DNA of 64,000 nucleotides from Eledone cirrhosa (GCA_964016885.1 OZ024741.1:143964001-144028000); one strand, 5' to 3'. Shown: positions 26,351 through 39,509, numbered from the stretch's first letter. Program-made: numbers and translations. The notes: a model not told the origin generated them from the sequence alone.

Positions 26351-29300
26351 ATATATATATATATAAAATTACAAAAGGTTGCTTGGCCATGGGGTGGCAA
26401 TGGGGATGAGCTCGCATTGCTTAAAAAATGCCCCTCACGGCATGTGCCTCAAATAACCTCTGGCAACCAAGACCAATTCTTAGCCTTCTCGTGTGGCTTA
26501 AAGTGTAATCCTGGCGGAACTGTCCCTACTAAGAGAGGAAGGCGGTTTCTGGTGCCTTCAAATCAGTGCTCCGAGTACATGATACTCGTCAAGCCTAGGA
26601 GGGCAGGCCATCTAAGAGAAAGCAAACTTAAACCTCCGTTGCCTTGCGGCTATACCCACTTATGGGAAAGGCTTCTTGGAGTACACCCTGAGGATAAATC
26701 CGGAGTCGAAATCCCTAAGGCAATTTGATGCTATATCCAACCTCGTTCTAGCAACTCCTGCGGCCCAACCGGTGCCAAGTTGTACTGGCCTCTGCCCTTC
26801 CCTTGGACCACACCGGTGGTGCGGAGAGAGGAGACATGCTACATGGGCAACTGCCGATCTCCCATAAAACCCTGCCCAGGCTTTCACCCTGGAGAGGTCA
26901 CTCCAGCGGCGACAAAACAGGGAAAGCAGCAGTCTACCGGTTATAAGTCTGCACATGATTGGCATATGAGCAAGACACCAGGGGCTGCTTTCGATGGAGG
27001 GTGAAGCCATTGTGCTTCATTGGACCACTTCCGCCCACCTCAAGCTGGGCAGCCCGCAGCCAGTTAGATTCGGTTCTGTCACAGCCCAAGTGTTCCACTG
27101 GGTGCGTGATGCTTGGGGATATTAATGTACTGAATCGTGGGCTGTAAACACTGCACCAAGAAAATCAAAGAAGAAGCAATCAAATAAACAATGTAAGAAA
27201 CCAGCATTCAGACTTGGAAGTTGGAATATACGGACCATGACTACTGGTCTGTCAGATGATCTTCAAAAGATTAGCGACATCCGCAAAACAGCAGTTATCA
27301 ACAACGAACTGCTACGACTTCGAGTGGACATTGCAGTGCTCCATGAGACACGGCTCCCAGAACTGGGGACCCTTCGTGAGGTAGAATATATACCTTTTTC
27401 TGGCAGGGAAAAGGCATAGATGAAGCCAGAGAGTATGGTGTTGGCTTTGTCGTGGGGAACTCACTGTTGAATATGGTTGAACTCGGCAGCGACGGCTCGG
27501 AGCGGATCCTCTTACTCTGATTGCACACCGGATGGGCCTGTCAACCTTGTCAGTGCTTATGCCCCAACCCTTTATTCGACACAAGGCGACAAGGATAAGT
27601 TTTACGCTCAGCTCTCCAGAAAAACACAGGCGATCCCGAATGGTGAACAGCTGGTGCTACTTGGAAACTTCAATGTCAGAGTGGGAGCCGACTACGACTC
27701 CTTGACAGGTGTCTGGGATGGCACGGGATCGGTAACACGAATGACAACGGGTAACGACTGCTTGAGGTATGTATGCCCCATGGACTATGTGTCACCAACA
27801 CCTACTTCCAGGCCAGCATAAAGTTTCCTGGCGTCATCCTCGCTCAGGACACTGGTACCAGCTAGATCTGATCCTCACAAGAAATAACCACATGAGAAAT
27901 GTACTCCTGACTCGGTCCTTTCAGAGTGCTGACTGGCTTGCTGCAATCTCAAACTCCAACCAAAAATAATGTACTCAGCCAAGCCTCCTGGAAGGCAGCA
28001 TATCAACGCTACTGCGACTCAGCAGTCGGCCAAAGTAGCCGCATTGCTCAAGTCACAGGAAGACACTCTCCTAGCAGACCCACCAGAAGCTGATATTCAA
28101 CAAATATGGGATTTTCTCAGAGGCACTATCCTTGACACTGCATTGAAAACCTTCGGGAGGAAGCGAAGAATGACACGTGACTGGTTTGAGGCGAGTGCGG
28201 ATGAGCGTATTGCCCTGTTGAAGTATAAACATCAACCCACCACGGCAACACCAGGATCATTGAGATAAGCTAGAAACAAGACACAAAAAATTGTGAGACG
28301 CTGTGCATATGACCACTGGTTACAGCTATGCGAAGGCATGCTGCTGTCATTTAACACAGGAAACATTCGGGGAAAGTATAAGGGCATCAAGAAAGCCATC
28401 GGCCCAACCCAGAGCAAGAAAGCTTCACTCAAATCCAGAACAGGTGAGGTCATCAAAGGCAAAAGAGAGCAGTTAGAGAGATGGGTAGAATATTACTCCT
28501 AACTCTACGTCAAGGAAAACTATATCTCGGACAACGCGCTAGACACCATAGAACGCCTACTTGTCATGGAGGAGCTAGATGCATTGCCGATTGCTGAAAA
28601 ACAGTGCAGAACCATTGATGGCTTACCTGCCGGAAGGGCACCAGGATCTGACGGCATCGCCCCAGAGGTCATCAGGTGTACAAAGGAAGTACTACTTAGC
28701 CACTTGTTGAAACTACTGTGTCAGTACTGGGAAGAGGGAACAGTTCCACAAAACATGAGACTGCAAAATTGTCACCCTTTTCGATCTAATTAGCAGAGAC
28801 TGCATGTTCAAGATCCTTGCCAGGATTGGTTTAGTCTGTTTAGTCTGTCAAGGATGAAAGCGAAATCCAAGGTTCGCCAGGTACTCATCAAAGAAATGCT
28901 GTTTGCGGATGACGCAGCACTGACAGCGCACTATGGGGAGTATATGCAGTACCTCATGAACAAACTCTCGAGACCCTGCCAGGAATTCAGCCTGACCATT
29001 AGTTTGAAGAAAACCAATGTACTGGGCCAAAGTGTCAAGCACCCCTTCCCCACCATCGTCAATAACTATGAGCTGGAGGTAGTCCACGAATTCATCTACC
29101 TTGGCTCCATCATCACTGAAAACCTCTACCTGGAGTGTTGGACGAGTAACCTCTACATTTGCCAGACTGACAAAGAGAGTCTGGGAGAACATAAAACTAA
29201 CTGCCAACACAAAGATTGTGTCTACAAAGCGTGCATCCTCAGCACACTACTTTACGGCAGTGAGGCATCGAACCTCTACTCTAACCAGGAGCGGCGTTGC

Positions 29301-29507
29301 AATGTCTTCTACCTTCGTTGCCTGAGACGCATTTTGGATGTGAAGTGGACTGACCGGGTCACCAATACTGAAGTCCTCAATCGCACCAAGATACTCAGCA
29401 TTTTCACACTGCTCAAACAGCGTCGTCTGCGCTAGCTCGGTCACGTACATGGTATGCCGGGCGGATGGATCCCGAAAGACCTACTGTTGTATAAAAAGAG
29501 ATATAAT

Positions 29508-29695
29508 AATTGTTTCTACTTTTGGTACAAGGCCAACAATTATCCCAGTGTATTACTGGTACTTTATTTTATCGACCCCCGTAAGGATGAAAGGCAAAGT
29601 TTACCTTGGCGGGATTAGAACTGAGACCAGAAAGGGCCATAACTCTATGCTGTAAAGCATAGTGTCTGACGCTCTACCGATACTGCCAATCCACC
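29508..29695 (-). mobile_element. SINE family 1, nested in the 3' end of the CRE fragment
   Basis: Reverse copy of 7986-8172. Confidence 0.88.
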
Positions 29696-29699
29696 GGGA

Positions 29700-30313
29700 G
29701 AGGGAAAACAGAAAAAAATGAGGAGCACTGGGAAACCGTTCTAATGATTTTGAGGCAAGCCGGCATGCTCGCAGCGTTATCTCGGGTGATACCCAGGCTG
29801 GTGCGCTGGAACAACCAAGTGCCCTCCCGAGATTCACCAGTTACCTCTGTTAGGCGAGCCGCCAGTGAAGATAGGAATCTCGCAGTCAGTAGTCCGACTC
29901 CCCTAAACGTCTCGAACACCACAGGCTAGAAAATGTAGTTGGTCGACAGATCACGGTATTTTAGGATTTTGTTCCATTCGGCTATGGAAGCTGTGGCTCT
30001 CGCCCTAACCGCAGCATCCAGGATGTGGGAAGAAGCAAAAGGGTCACTAACTGTGACGCCTGAGTAGGCCACCAACATTAGCCATGGGTAGGGCATCAAC
30101 CCAGTCACCTGAGTATTTGGCGCTGGCAGACAGTAAGCGACACATTGAAAACTGATCCGACTGGAGGAAGAAAGAGTCAAAGGTGGCCTTCGAACTTATG
30201 CTGTCGCAAGAACTCTGACTTTGACTGTCCTCCACCTTCTCAGGAACAGATAAGCCCAACTCACTCCGTTGTTGGAGAGCTTCTTACAATTCCCTGTTGG
30301 AAAGGGACGAACA
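29700..30313 (-). mobile_element. 3' fragment of a CRE-clade (restriction-like endonuclease) retrotransposon
   Basis: SGDWVDALP, AE..K..KY...YIF.PVVFET..G.G..T..FL..L..RL...TG..RE..WL.QR.SL...R.NA. This is the C-terminal signature of CRE-type RLE non-LTR elements. Confidence 0.7.
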
Positions 30314-31330
30314 TTCTGTATGGGGAACTGGCCACCGGCACAAGAGCACGAGGACGACCTTATCTCCGTTTCAAAGACGTCTGCAGTAGGGATATGAAGT
30401 CAATTGATCTGAACATCCAGAGATGGGAAGGAGTCGCTAATGATCACCCACGATGGAGACGAGTACTGTGCAGAGGGATGGGGCCGGGGAGATGAGAAAC
30501 TGAATCTACTATCCCAAGTATCGAGAACTCTGTTGAATAATGGCCTTACTAGTTTAAAACTGATAAGATCCTGACACCCTCTCTTTCTCTATGTGCGTGT
30601 GTATGTGTAGAGGGGGGGGGTTACGTTTAGATCCCATAACATAGCGGTTCGACAGCAAAAAGATCGATAAATTAAGTTCTTAGATCGATATGGTCGATTA
30701 AAATATGATCGCAGTTTGAAACTAGTAAACGTATTCGTTTGAATTTACAAATTGGGAATAAAAAGTACTCAATACATGTGAAATCATTTATTCGAAGATG
30801 AAGCTTCCCTACGTTACAATATCAGTGGAAAAATAGGCACTACAACGCTATTAGCTGTCAGTCGAAAGCAGCCGATGAAAGCAAAACATCGTTTATTTCC
30901 GTATTACTACCACGCGTAAGTGAAGTTACTTGGTGGTAGTAATACGGAAATAAACGATGACGAATGACGTCACCTTCGCCTGCTTTCATCGGCTGCTTTC
31001 ACGACTGACAGCTATATATCACGTGAACACAATCACATTATTCTTTCAAAGGGAAAAGTTTGGCGCCATTTTTCTAACAAGGCACAGGTCAACAAACGCA
31101 GGAGATAAGTAGAAACAATAAAAGCAAAAGATAAGAAAATATAAGTAATATCAAATAATTATTAAAAACGTTACAGGAGTCGCATTACACGAATAATTAA
31201 GTTTCATACATACATATATATATGTGTGTATGTATGTATATATATGTATTTTATCTGATGAAAGCGGTGGCCCTTAAAATATGTATAAAATAAATATGGT
31301 TTTATAAATATAGTTTCCATTTATTAATAG

Positions 31331-31363
<33 letters not shown>

Positions 31364-31655
31364 GTATATATACATATGTATGTATGTAAAAAAAAAAATA
31401 TCAGCAATTGTATTAAACTAAGATTTTATTGTTTTATATTTTGTATCTCGGCTCTGTAATACATTTGAAAATTTACATTGTAAGTACCAGTAATACACTG
31501 GGTATTTGCTGGCCTTGTGCCAAAGTAGAAACAATTATTTTAATAAAACTCCGGATAAACATAAACTGTTGTGTGTTTGTCATCTCTTATGAAAGAGTCG
31601 GCAGATTTTCAATCAACCAACTTTCCTTAGTTGAATAAATATATGTATGTATATA

Positions 31656-32291
31656 TACAATATTAAATAAATGGAAACTATATTTATAAAACCATATCTA
31701 TTTCATTATATATATTTCAGGGATATCATATTAACAATATGCTATGCCTTCCTCAGACAAAATACAATATAAACAGTTTTATAGATAAATAGATTCGACA
31801 TACCGTAACAACATCGACTTGTATTTGAAAAGGTTGATTTGGCAGTGAAAAAATTGTACACAGAGAGAAAGAAAGAGAGAAAAAAAAAAAAAAGAAAGAA
31901 AGACAGAAAACGAAGAAAAAGAAGAAAAAGAAGAAATGCATGGAACAAAATAGAGAGATGGAAAGATAGATAAAGAGAAGAACTTCATGTAAAGAAACAG
32001 AAAGATATATATATATAGAGAGAGAGAGGAAATAGAGATAGATACATATATATAGAAAATTAGGTAGTGGGAGGTCTGTTGAGTAAACGTATCAATGATA
32101 CATTTATTTATTTATTTAGCTCTAGTATTAATGTAAGGGAGATATATATAGAGAGAAAAAAATATAGAGAGAGAAAAAATATAGAGAGAGAAAAAATTTA
32201 AAAATAAAAATAACCAGATATAGGCGAGGAAATATATATAATGAAATAGATATGGTTTTATAAATATAGTTTCCATTTATTTAATATTGTA
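31656..32291. repeat. Perfect 63-bp inverted repeat pair around a purine-rich spacer
   Basis: 31656-31718 is the exact reverse complement of 32229-32291; a third partial copy sits at about 31294-31324. Confidence 0.85.
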
Positions 32292-32660
32292 AATATACTC
32301 CAAATATTTGTCGAGTGCTTTTATATCAGTTATAAATATTTACTAGTTGTAACCCAACAATTTAAATATAACTTTCCATGTATGTATATATATATATATA
32401 CGTATATTTTCTTTAATATTGCAACATTAAAGGAATATATCCTTCTGAAAGAATCGCGAGCAATTTATAATGTTATTTAAGCATTGGTAATGTTATTTAT
32501 GTATTATTTAAAACATATTTGCTACGTTATTCTACTGTAAATTTATTTATATGCTTTGTATATATTATATATACACAAATAATGAATCTGTATATTAAAA
32601 CATCGTTTGTATTATTCAATCAGTTTATTGAACAACTAGAATGCTCATCGTCAAGTACTT

Positions 32661-32730
<70 letters not shown>

Positions 32731-32807
32731 AATCTATATATATGTATATATATGTATGTATATCTATATATATGTGTGTGTGTATGTATATATGTCTATC
32801 CATCTAT

Positions 32808-33460
32808 CTAAGGCGGGTAAAATTCCCGAGATCCATGGACGAGTTCTCTCCAGCGGTCTCTGTCCCTCATTATCGCTGCCATATCCTGCATCTCCAACAG
32901 ACCAGTGTCTGTCCTTAGGGCATCAACATATGTTAACCTTGGTCTTCCTCTTCTAGTGTGTCCATGTAGGGGCTCCCAAAGGAGCACTGAGTGCAATGTC
33001 AACTCTGGATGTCGGTGAGCATGTCCAGCCAACCTCAGTCTCCTCTGTGTCACTTTTGGGATGCTCCCATACAGCTCTGAGTTTTTCATCCTCAGTGTAT
33101 ACTGATTAATGTTCAGAGCCATCCTCAGCATTCTCGTGTAGCACCCATCCACCATCTGAGTGAGTCTCTTGGTCAGTGTCCAAGTCTCAGACCCATACAG
33201 CAGCACAGACTCCACTACAGCAATGAAGAGGCGGATTTTCAGGTCTCTACGAAGGTCCGACTTCCACACCGATCTCAAGCTGTGACACGCCGCCCAGGCC
33301 TTGCTCTTCCTCTCAACCACATCATCTTCCGTATTCCCAATCTTTGCTCCCAAATACAGGAAGTCCTCAACCAATTCCAGCGGCTTCCCGCCTACATTAG
33401 TGATCCCCTCTGGCTTCTCAACATTCTCTACCAGATATTTTGTTTTAGTCTCATTCATTC
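32808..33460 (-). mobile_element. 3' fragment of an RTE-group LINE (family D) between TG/TA microsatellites
   Basis: VEDFLYLG, SVLLYGSETWTL, RRLRLAGH, RGRP..TY.D; open to the stop codon at 32808. Confidence 0.85.
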
Positions 33461-33805
33461 TCATGTATATATGTGTGTATGTATATATATGTGTGTATGC
33501 ATATGTGTGTGTATGCATATGTGTGTGTGTATGTATATATATATGTGTGTGTGTGTATGCATATATGTGTGTGTATGTATATATATGTGTGTATGTATAT
33601 ATATGTATATATATATATGAAGATAAATTAACGGAGCCATAGAGTCGCGTTATTCCCTGTAAATTATGTGCTCAAAGGGAAAGGAATCCTATACATATTG
33701 TATATGTATATATATATATATATGCATGTATATATATGTATATGTGAATATATATGCATGTATATGTGTATTTGTACATATGTATATGTGTGTATGTATG
33801 TATAT

Positions 33806-36530
33806 CATCATCATCATCATCATCATCATCGTTTAACGTCCATCTTCCACGCTTGCATGGGTTTGGACGGGAGTTTTCCCACTTGAGGCAAGAGTGGTTG
33901 TCTTGCTCGCATAGGACTGTCTGGCGGGTATTCTACGGCTGGATGCCCTTCCTAACACCAACCACGTTTACAGTGTGGACTGGGAGGTTTTTACCGTGTT
34001 ACCTACACGGCCACATTACAGCGTGGACTGTGTGTTTTTTTGTCGTAACACCTACACGACCTCATTTGTTTCGGACTGGATGTTGTGTTACCAACATAAC
34101 TTTACATTGAAAGGGGTGGTGTGGATGGGGTGGGGGTGTATTTTTGTTAGAGGCCTACTGACTGTGGTAGGTTTCACTTTGTACTTAGGTAAGGCGGGTC
34201 TTCTGTATTACTGTGTAGCGCCAAAGATCTCGGTCCAGTGACATTGTCTTGGAGAGGTGTAAGTGTGTGAGGTCGGAATTTATCAAGTCGTCCCAGGTTT
34301 TTCTGGGTCTGCCTACTCCGTGACTACCGTCTATTTTTATCGCCTCCACTTTTTTATACAGCTGTCGTCTTTCATGCGCATCACGTGACCGTACGAACGT
34401 TTTCTTCTCTCGAGTAAACAGCATCTGATCCCTCTTATTTCTAATGTTTCCCTTAGTTCGTTTATGCTTTGCCGTTCACGTATATTACTATTACACATCC
34501 AGCGGAGCATGCTAGCTTCGTTCCTCTCCAGTCTGCGTATATCCTCTGCACACAATGCCCCGGTCTCACTGCCATGTAATATCGCTGTTCGTATGCAGGC
34601 ATCATACAGCCTGCCTTTCATTTTTAGAGAGAAACCTTTAGCGGCCAATAGTGGTATAAGCTCTCTGAACTTTTTCCACCCCGTTCTGACTCTAGTTACA
34701 GTACTTTCGGAGCACCCTCCACCACTGCTGATTTTGTCACCCAGGTAACGGAAGGTGTCCACTATTTCTATAGAACCATCTGTGCAATGGAATGAGCTTG
34801 TATTCTGTGGGCATTTGCTGCTACTTATTGCACCAGAGCACCAGCCACATATAAAATCTATATTCTTAGTTAGTTTACCTGTGATCCCACTACATCTTTT
34901 ATGCACCCATACTTTGCATTTGGGACATAAAATGGAGTTTATGCCTACTCCTTTCCTACACACTGAGCATGGCCATTTCCCAGATGAGACCGGTGCCCTA
35001 TTTTCCTTCCTACAAACTAGAACTTTAGTCTTAGACAGGTTAATTTTAAGACCTTTTGATTCTAGGCCATGCTTCCATGTTTGGAATTTCTTCTCTAGTT
35101 CGGCCATTGATTCAGCTATGAGCGTTAGATCATCTGCGTATAGGAGTTCCCATGGGCAGCCGGTCTTGAACTCCACTGTTATAGCTTGAAGGGCAATAAT
35201 AAATAATAGGGGGCTAAGAACGGAGCCCTGATGAACACCAACTTTTACGCTAAACTCTTCACTATATTCATTGTTAATTCTAACCTTGCTGACTGTTTCT
35301 TTATACATGGCTTGTATAGCTCTCACAAGCCATTCATCAATCCCTAGTTTTCTAAGAGCCCACCAGATAATGGAACGGGGGACTCTGTCAAAGGCTTTCT
35401 CTAAGTCGACAAAAGCTAAGTATAGGGGTTTACTTTTAGCTAGGTACTTCTCTTGTAGTTGTCGTACAATGAAAAGAGCGTCTGTGGTACTTTTACCTGA
35501 CACAAACCCGAACTGCATTTAATCTAGATCAATTTGCTCTTTGATTAGTTGCGCTATTACTTTTTCTGTGACCTTCATGACCTTGTCGATTAATTTAATG
35601 CCTCTATAGTTACCCTTATCTAGGGCATCTCCTTTACCCTTGTAGCAGTTAATGATGATGCTGCTACGCCAGTCCTTCGGAACAACCCCATTCTGTATGA
35701 CTTGGTTTACTATCCGGGTGACCATAGTGTGTCCCACTGTTCCAGATGCTTTCAGCATTTCAGCAACTATTTCCGAAGGCCCAGCTGCCTTATCCGTCTT
35801 CATATCTTTGATTGCCTTACTTATTATACTACCTTCAACTAGCACTGCTGGTCCCTCTATTGGATCGATGTGGGGGAGACTGTCTTTCTCCCATTTATTC
35901 TCCTCATTTAGTAGACTTTCGTAGTGAAACTTCCAAGCTACCTTCTTATCAGCGTCAGTGATGGCAAGTACGCCATCATCATTAAGGACACACTTCTCCC
36001 CGACAATATCACGGTTTTCCTTGACACATTGCCTAGCAATCCTGAACACCTCACGTTTTTGGTCCTCGCGTTGTAGAACATGCTTGAACTTTCTTTCCTC
36101 TGCTTCTCTTCTTGCGAAGTACACTTGTCTCCTAGCTTCCCTCCTGGCCACTTGATAGTCTTCTCTACTTCCCCCACCCCGCCATACTTTCCAAGCCTGC
36201 TTTTTGGCCTTAATTGACTCCTCCACCTTACTGTTCCACCACCACGTTACTCTCCTCCAGCCTATAGGCCTGCTCCAGCCGCAGACTTTATCTGTCGCCA
36301 TCAGCAGCTTTGCTTTCAGGAATTCCCACTGTTCCTCTATATTGTACGACTCTAATTGCTCTTCCTTACTGTCGAAAGCATCAAGTAATATGCTTTTAAA
36401 TTTATTACTGGCTGTGGGGTCCTTTAGATTCCATATTTTTCTCCTGAGAATAGTCCTCTTCTGTTGGCGAGAACGTCTCGTCCTGACTATGACGTCGCTA
36501 ATTATGAGTCTATGTTGAGAGGTGCATTCT
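33806..36530 (-). mobile_element. RTE LINE family B, 5'-truncated, relatively young
   Basis: ORFs 35519-36301 and 34337-35518 are in frame, separated by one stop. Full RT (QFGF, FVDLEKAFD, GVHQGSVLSP, YADD, FRYLG), PHD finger, 3' UTR and (GAT)n tail. Confidence 0.93.
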
Positions 36531-37329
36531 ATAGGGGGCTAAGAACGGAGCCCTGATGAACACCAACTTTTACGCTAAACTCTTCACTATATTCATTGTT
36601 AATTCTAACCTTGCTGACTGTTTCTTTATACATGGCTTGTATAGCTCTCACAAGCCAGTCTAAAAACCCTAGAAAATGCTATTTTCATCATTTCTAAAAA
36701 TAGCAAAACAATTGATGCTTTGAATAGAGCCAAATAAAAGTCGTTAGACATGCCCAACCAACCGTGATGCCTAAACCAATCAGCTTCAGTAATCCAGTGA
36801 AACTACACACCGATTGGTCGAAATACAGTTTGCAAAATTTAGCATTCTGTACCCGCTTTTCACTGTATATAAGGCACAAAATTTACCCATCTCATTACAG
36901 TTGAAAATTGTAAACTTGAATGTCACCACAGAATATGAACCTGAAGATTGCGAAAGCATGAAATTACTTGTTCAATTAACACTTAATATTCTACCATGCT
37001 ATTTCATTCTAATACCATTATAATTTTAAAGGATTGTAAATAAAACGAGTAAATCAGACAAAGTTGGAATTCCTTTTATTAATATAATCTTCTATACACA
37101 ATCATACACACCCGTGTATATTTATTTATATATATAGCTTTTAAGCTATTTTGTAGTATCTCTGTTCAGGAACACACCACTTATATTAAATTGATCTCCC
37201 TGGAGCTTTGTAAAAGTCTGAGAGATTGGCTACATATATGTTTTATATATATATTTTTTTGTTTAGATGGAAGACAAAACAAAGAAGATGAATACAAAGA
37301 TGAAGTAGAGAAAGATAAAGATGAAGAAC

Positions 37330-39055
37330 CTCACTGCACCGCACTGCACAACACCACACCGCACCACACCACATTGCAGTGCACCGCACATCACACCACA
37401 CCACACCACATAACACCACAACACAACACACCACTCCTCACTACAACACAACACACCACTCCTCACTACAACACACCACACTACTCCACATAAAAACACA
37501 CCACACTACTCCACACCACACCTCACTACATCACACCACATAAAAACACACCTCACTACATCACACCACACTGTTCCACACCACATAACACCCAACATTT
37601 TTTCCTCATCTTTTTTTCATGTGTTATCAACTAATCCGAACTCCAAGATGTTTGTTATTGACTCTCTCTTCATGGAAAACTTAGGTGGATGGACTTCTCT
37701 CATTTAACCCCAGAGTTTTCTCTAAGATTTTTCGTATGTTATCAACGAATATGACCTCCAAACCAGTTGGAAATGATTAGTTGTTCTAGGAAAAAGGAGG
37801 GGTAAAGCAGGTGGAAAAACCATTGTCGTTTTGTAGATATATAGCCTAATGATTTTTCTTTGGTCTCCTTTTGAGTGCTATCAACTAATCTGACCTTTTA
37901 GTTGCTCTGAATCAATTTTTTTTTCTGGGATTTGGAAACTAAAACTAAATTAAACATAAAATTAAATCTAGCCCCAACCCTAAACTCTAAATCTAAACCA
38001 AACCAAGCTAAATCTAAATATAAACATTACCCCAACCCTTAAACTAAACCCTAAACTATACCCCAACCATAAAACAAAACCCTAAACATTACCCCAACCC
38101 TAAAACTAGACCCTAAACATTACCCCAAACCTAAAACTAGACCCTAAACTTTACCCCAACCCTAAAACTAGACCCTAAACATTACCCCAAACCTAAAACT
38201 AAACCCTAAACTCTACCCCAACCCTAAAACTAGACCCTAAACATTACCCCAACCCTAAAACTAAACCCTAAACATTACCCCAACCCTAAACCTAACCCAG
38301 GGAAATAAGTTGGTTGGAAGCATCTAGGAGGTCAGATTAATTAATAGCACAGGAAATAGCACAGGAAATAGCATAAGAAATAGCATAGGAAATAGCATAG
38401 GAAATAGCACAGGAAATTAATAGCACAGGAAATATAGCGAAAATGATTAAGTCCCACAACATGTGAGGGGTGTAGATCTGCAAAACTCTTCCTCTCTCCC
38501 TCCTCTTTCTCCAAAGCTAGTTGTTTTTGACTGGTTTGGAAGTCATATTCACTGATAACGCATGAAAATAGAATCAAAGAGAAAATTCCGAGTAAACAGG
38601 GGTTATCCGAGTGAAGGGGGAACCACCTCACCCCGCCGTTTTCCTGGGGGGTAAAAGTCAGTTTCAAGCATCTTGGAGATTGGATTAGTTGATAGCACAT
38701 GAAAAATAGGATGAACAAATTTCACATCACATCACATCACACCACACCACATCACCACATCACACCACGTCTCGTCTCGTCTCGCCTCATTTCACCACAC
38801 CACATTTCATCACATCACATTACATTTCACCACGCCACATTTCATCACATCACATCACATTTCACCACACCACGCCACATCACATCACATGCCATCACAC
38901 CACATGCTACCACACTCCACTACACCATATCCCCCACCCTACATTGAACCACACTCCACTCCACCACACCACTGTCCACTACACTAAACCACACTCCACT
39001 ACACTACACCACACCACTGTCCACTACACTACACCACACCACATCACTGTCTATT
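37330..39055. repeat. (CACCA/CACTA)n pentamer tracts split by a foldback element
   Basis: Pentamer runs at 37330-37590 and 38720-39055. Confidence 0.8.
37937..38298. repeat. Telomere-like ~31-bp tandem array (ACCCCAACCCTAAAACTAGACCCTAAACATT)
   Basis: About nine degenerate units built from CCCTAA motifs, followed by a 12-bp AATAGCACAGGA tandem at 38343-38432. Confidence 0.8.
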
Positions 39056-39509
39056 CGACTGTTTTCTATTTCGTAGGTATGTCCAGTTACAGTAAGAGAA
39101 AGAAAGTTATTTCAAAGGATCTGAGTAAGTAAACACTTCATAGACCATTATTTTAAGCAGAATCTCAGTGTAGTTTTAAATTGACCTTTTCATATGATTA
39201 CACCTCAGTCTTAACTTAATCACCTGTAGATGGATGCTACATGTAATGTTAAAATTAGTTAAACACTGTTTCCCCCTTCTCATCACATGTGGATGCTACA
39301 TGTGTATTGTTAACATTAATCTAACGTTGTCCCCCCTCCCTCCCCCGCCTCACCATATCATACCACACCACATCACACCATGTTGTACCACACCAGACTA
39401 CATAACACCATGCTATACCATATATATAAATATATGAGCTCCCCACTCGTTATATTAACTGTATCTCCTCGGTGTTTCGTGAAAGTCTGAGAGATCAGCT
39501 ATATATTTG

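Larger units (their letters stand above)
26386..30530 (+). mobile_element. Full-length degenerate RTE-1/BovB-like LINE (family C), interrupted at 29488-30313
   Basis: GC-rich 5' UTR; APE motifs (RLGSWNIRTM, SAYAPT, LGNFNVRVG, SWRHPRSGHWYQLD); RT motifs (LFADDAAL, FIYLGS). The C-terminal LYGEL..GRP..RFKD segment resumes after the insertion. Confidence 0.9.

Noticed and set aside
26417-27147. Short GC-rich ORFs as an ORF1 or separate gene
   Set aside because: They lie in the RTE-C 5' UTR on both strands with no recognisable domain.
37937-38298. True telomere or chromosome fusion scar
   Set aside because: Degenerate 31-bp units rather than pure TTAGGG, in a single orientation, inside an inverted-repeat element.
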